Of a DNA stretch of 64,000 nucleotides, positions 62,815 to 64,000 are shown piece after piece. The stretch's first letter is position 1, and the number at the start of each line of letters is the position of its first letter. A model generated the notes under the pieces. The model was not told the origin of the DNA and did no database searches. It saw nothing but the letters and a program-made list of their open reading frames with translations. Where the stretch lies: contig BOKX01000001.1 of assembly GCA_016861205.1 (NCBI GenBank), positions 136,539 to 200,538 of the forward strand. Reading direction: 5' to 3'. The stretch comes from Patescibacteria group bacterium (lineage in GTDB: Bacteria; Patescibacteriota; Microgenomatia; UBA1400; PJMF01). Position numbers and translations under genes: made by a program.

Positions 62815-63144
62815 CTATGAATGATACGGGTCTGTCATAGCAAAAAATTCAATCCCGGGTTCTTCGTAAGGATGAGCAGCTTTAACTGCTTCGTAAACTG
62901 CTGTGACGTGTTCAGCTTCACACTCCATCTCAATCTTAGCTTCATTCACGAGACTGACCTCGCCAACTTTGCCAATATGTGGGTGGGCATTTGGTCCAGG
63001 CAGCCAAGTACCTTGTCCGCGGTTAATAAAAGCTGTTTGAGTGTAGTCCCCCATCACGCCGGCTCCAGCCTCACTCGCTACCGTGATTAACTTTTGAATC
63101 AGTGCTTGATCATCTGGGCAAAAAATAAAAACTTTATACTTCAT
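62815..63144 (-). CDS. Nif3/YqfO PII-like-domain small protein
   Basis: AGAGVMGDY, PHIG, AHPYEEP. Confidence 0.82.
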   Translation of the reverse strand: MKYKVFIFCPDDQALIQKLITVASEAGAGVMGDYTQTAFINRGQGTWLPGPNAHPHIGKVGEVSLVNEAKIEMECEAEHVTAVYEAVKAAHPYEEPGIEFFAMTDPYHS

Positions 63145-63602
63145 GCGCCTCGGCCTCGCTGTTGCAAAATAACGATATCGTCTTGGGTAACTTTGGAGAG
63201 TGGCAACTCAGCTGCCTCACTAATACTAAACCAAGCCAGCCGTTCACATTTCTCAGGTTCCTTAACGGTTGGTGTGCCGGAAACAATTTTGCAGATGTAT
63301 GTCGGTGACACCCAATGCTGACCTTCATCGGGTAAAATGTGATCGCAAACCTGGAGCAGTTCCAAAACTTCAATCTCGACCCCAATTTCCTCTTTGATCT
63401 CGCGCTGTAAAGCCTCGGCCAGTTTCTCGCCAAACTCAACTGCTCCACCGGGGATTTCCCATTTGCCGACCTCATTTTTGGCTCGACGGCCACGCAGCGC
63501 TAGCAGGACTTTGCCTTCGTCATTGAAAATAGCGGCTCCGACCCCGACTCCGATCACATCTTTGCCAATGCGATCTTTTGGGAACTGGGGGGTTACTGCC
63601 AT
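63141..63602 (-). CDS. Nudix hydrolase
   Basis: PGGAVEFGE...LQREIKEEIG, EPEKC. Confidence 0.9.
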   Translation of the reverse strand: MAVTPQFPKDRIGKDVIGVGVGAAIFNDEGKVLLALRGRRAKNEVGKWEIPGGAVEFGEKLAEALQREIKEEIGVEIEVLELLQVCDHILPDEGQHWVSPTYICKIVSGTPTVKEPEKCERLAWFSISEAAELPLSKVTQDDIVILQQRGRGA

Positions 63603-64000
63603 TCCAGGATTATACCCTGTTCGGCTAGTGCCCAACAGAGTTGTTGACACATGGCTCGCCGGTGGGTAACAGTTTGAAAGGTGGTGTGATCGAGGTCAAC
63701 CACGTCCACAACCCGGAATGCTTGGTCTTGATGTGCGGCTCCGTAGCGCCGGCGCAACTCAACAAACTCGCTCAGGTTTTCCACTGGCACAATGTGGTGT
63801 TGTTTCAGTATGTGCGCTAGCTGGTCGGGTTGAATGTGCGTCGGAACCTTGTCACGATAACTACCGTCGGGTCGGCGCATCCAGACGGCGCACACCAGGG
63901 CACCTTGCGAACGGGTTTGTTCGGTGACCTTCAGAAGTGTATCCAGTTTGTCATCGATAATCAGAAAGATAGGTGGTTTGTTATTTTCAGCTAAATTCAA
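63593..64000 (-). CDS. Partial CDS (5' end probably outside window), possibly HAD-like
   Basis: FLIIDDK motif; open to the window edge. Confidence 0.5.
   Translation of the reverse strand: MNLAENNKPPIFLIIDDKLDTLLKVTEQTRSQGALVCAVWMRRPDGSYRDKVPTHIQPDQLAHILKQHHIVPVENLSEFVELRRRYGAAHQDQAFRVVDVVDLDHTTFQTVTHRRAMCQQLCWALAEQGIILEWQ

Overview
Gene-dense, ~48-50% GC (by eye) bacterial chromosome segment, most likely from a CPR/Patescibacteria (Microgenomates-like) genome. That assignment is inferred from the many orphan ORFs, apparently leaderless genes, dispersed single tRNAs, and archaeal-like enzymes (PPAT-DUF359 fusion, Elp3, class II photolyase). The standout locus is 1-10009. A >1600-aa exported repeat (fibre/adhesin-like) gene, missed by the ORF track, is transcribed divergently from an F1-like ATPase cluster (alpha, gamma, beta, plus a convergent truncated epsilon). 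The cluster has no a, b or delta genes. Its only membrane partner is a signal-peptide protein with an extracellular beta domain fused to a subunit-c-like hairpin lacking the ion-binding carboxylate. The rest of the window holds housekeeping and repair genes (recQ, rarA, mutY, photolyase, alkA, dinB, radC, typA), five Nudix hydrolases, 10 tRNAs, an HNH nuclease abutting tRNA-Leu, and a serine-recombinase island at tRNA-Pro. All calls come from reading motifs by eye; no searches were run.
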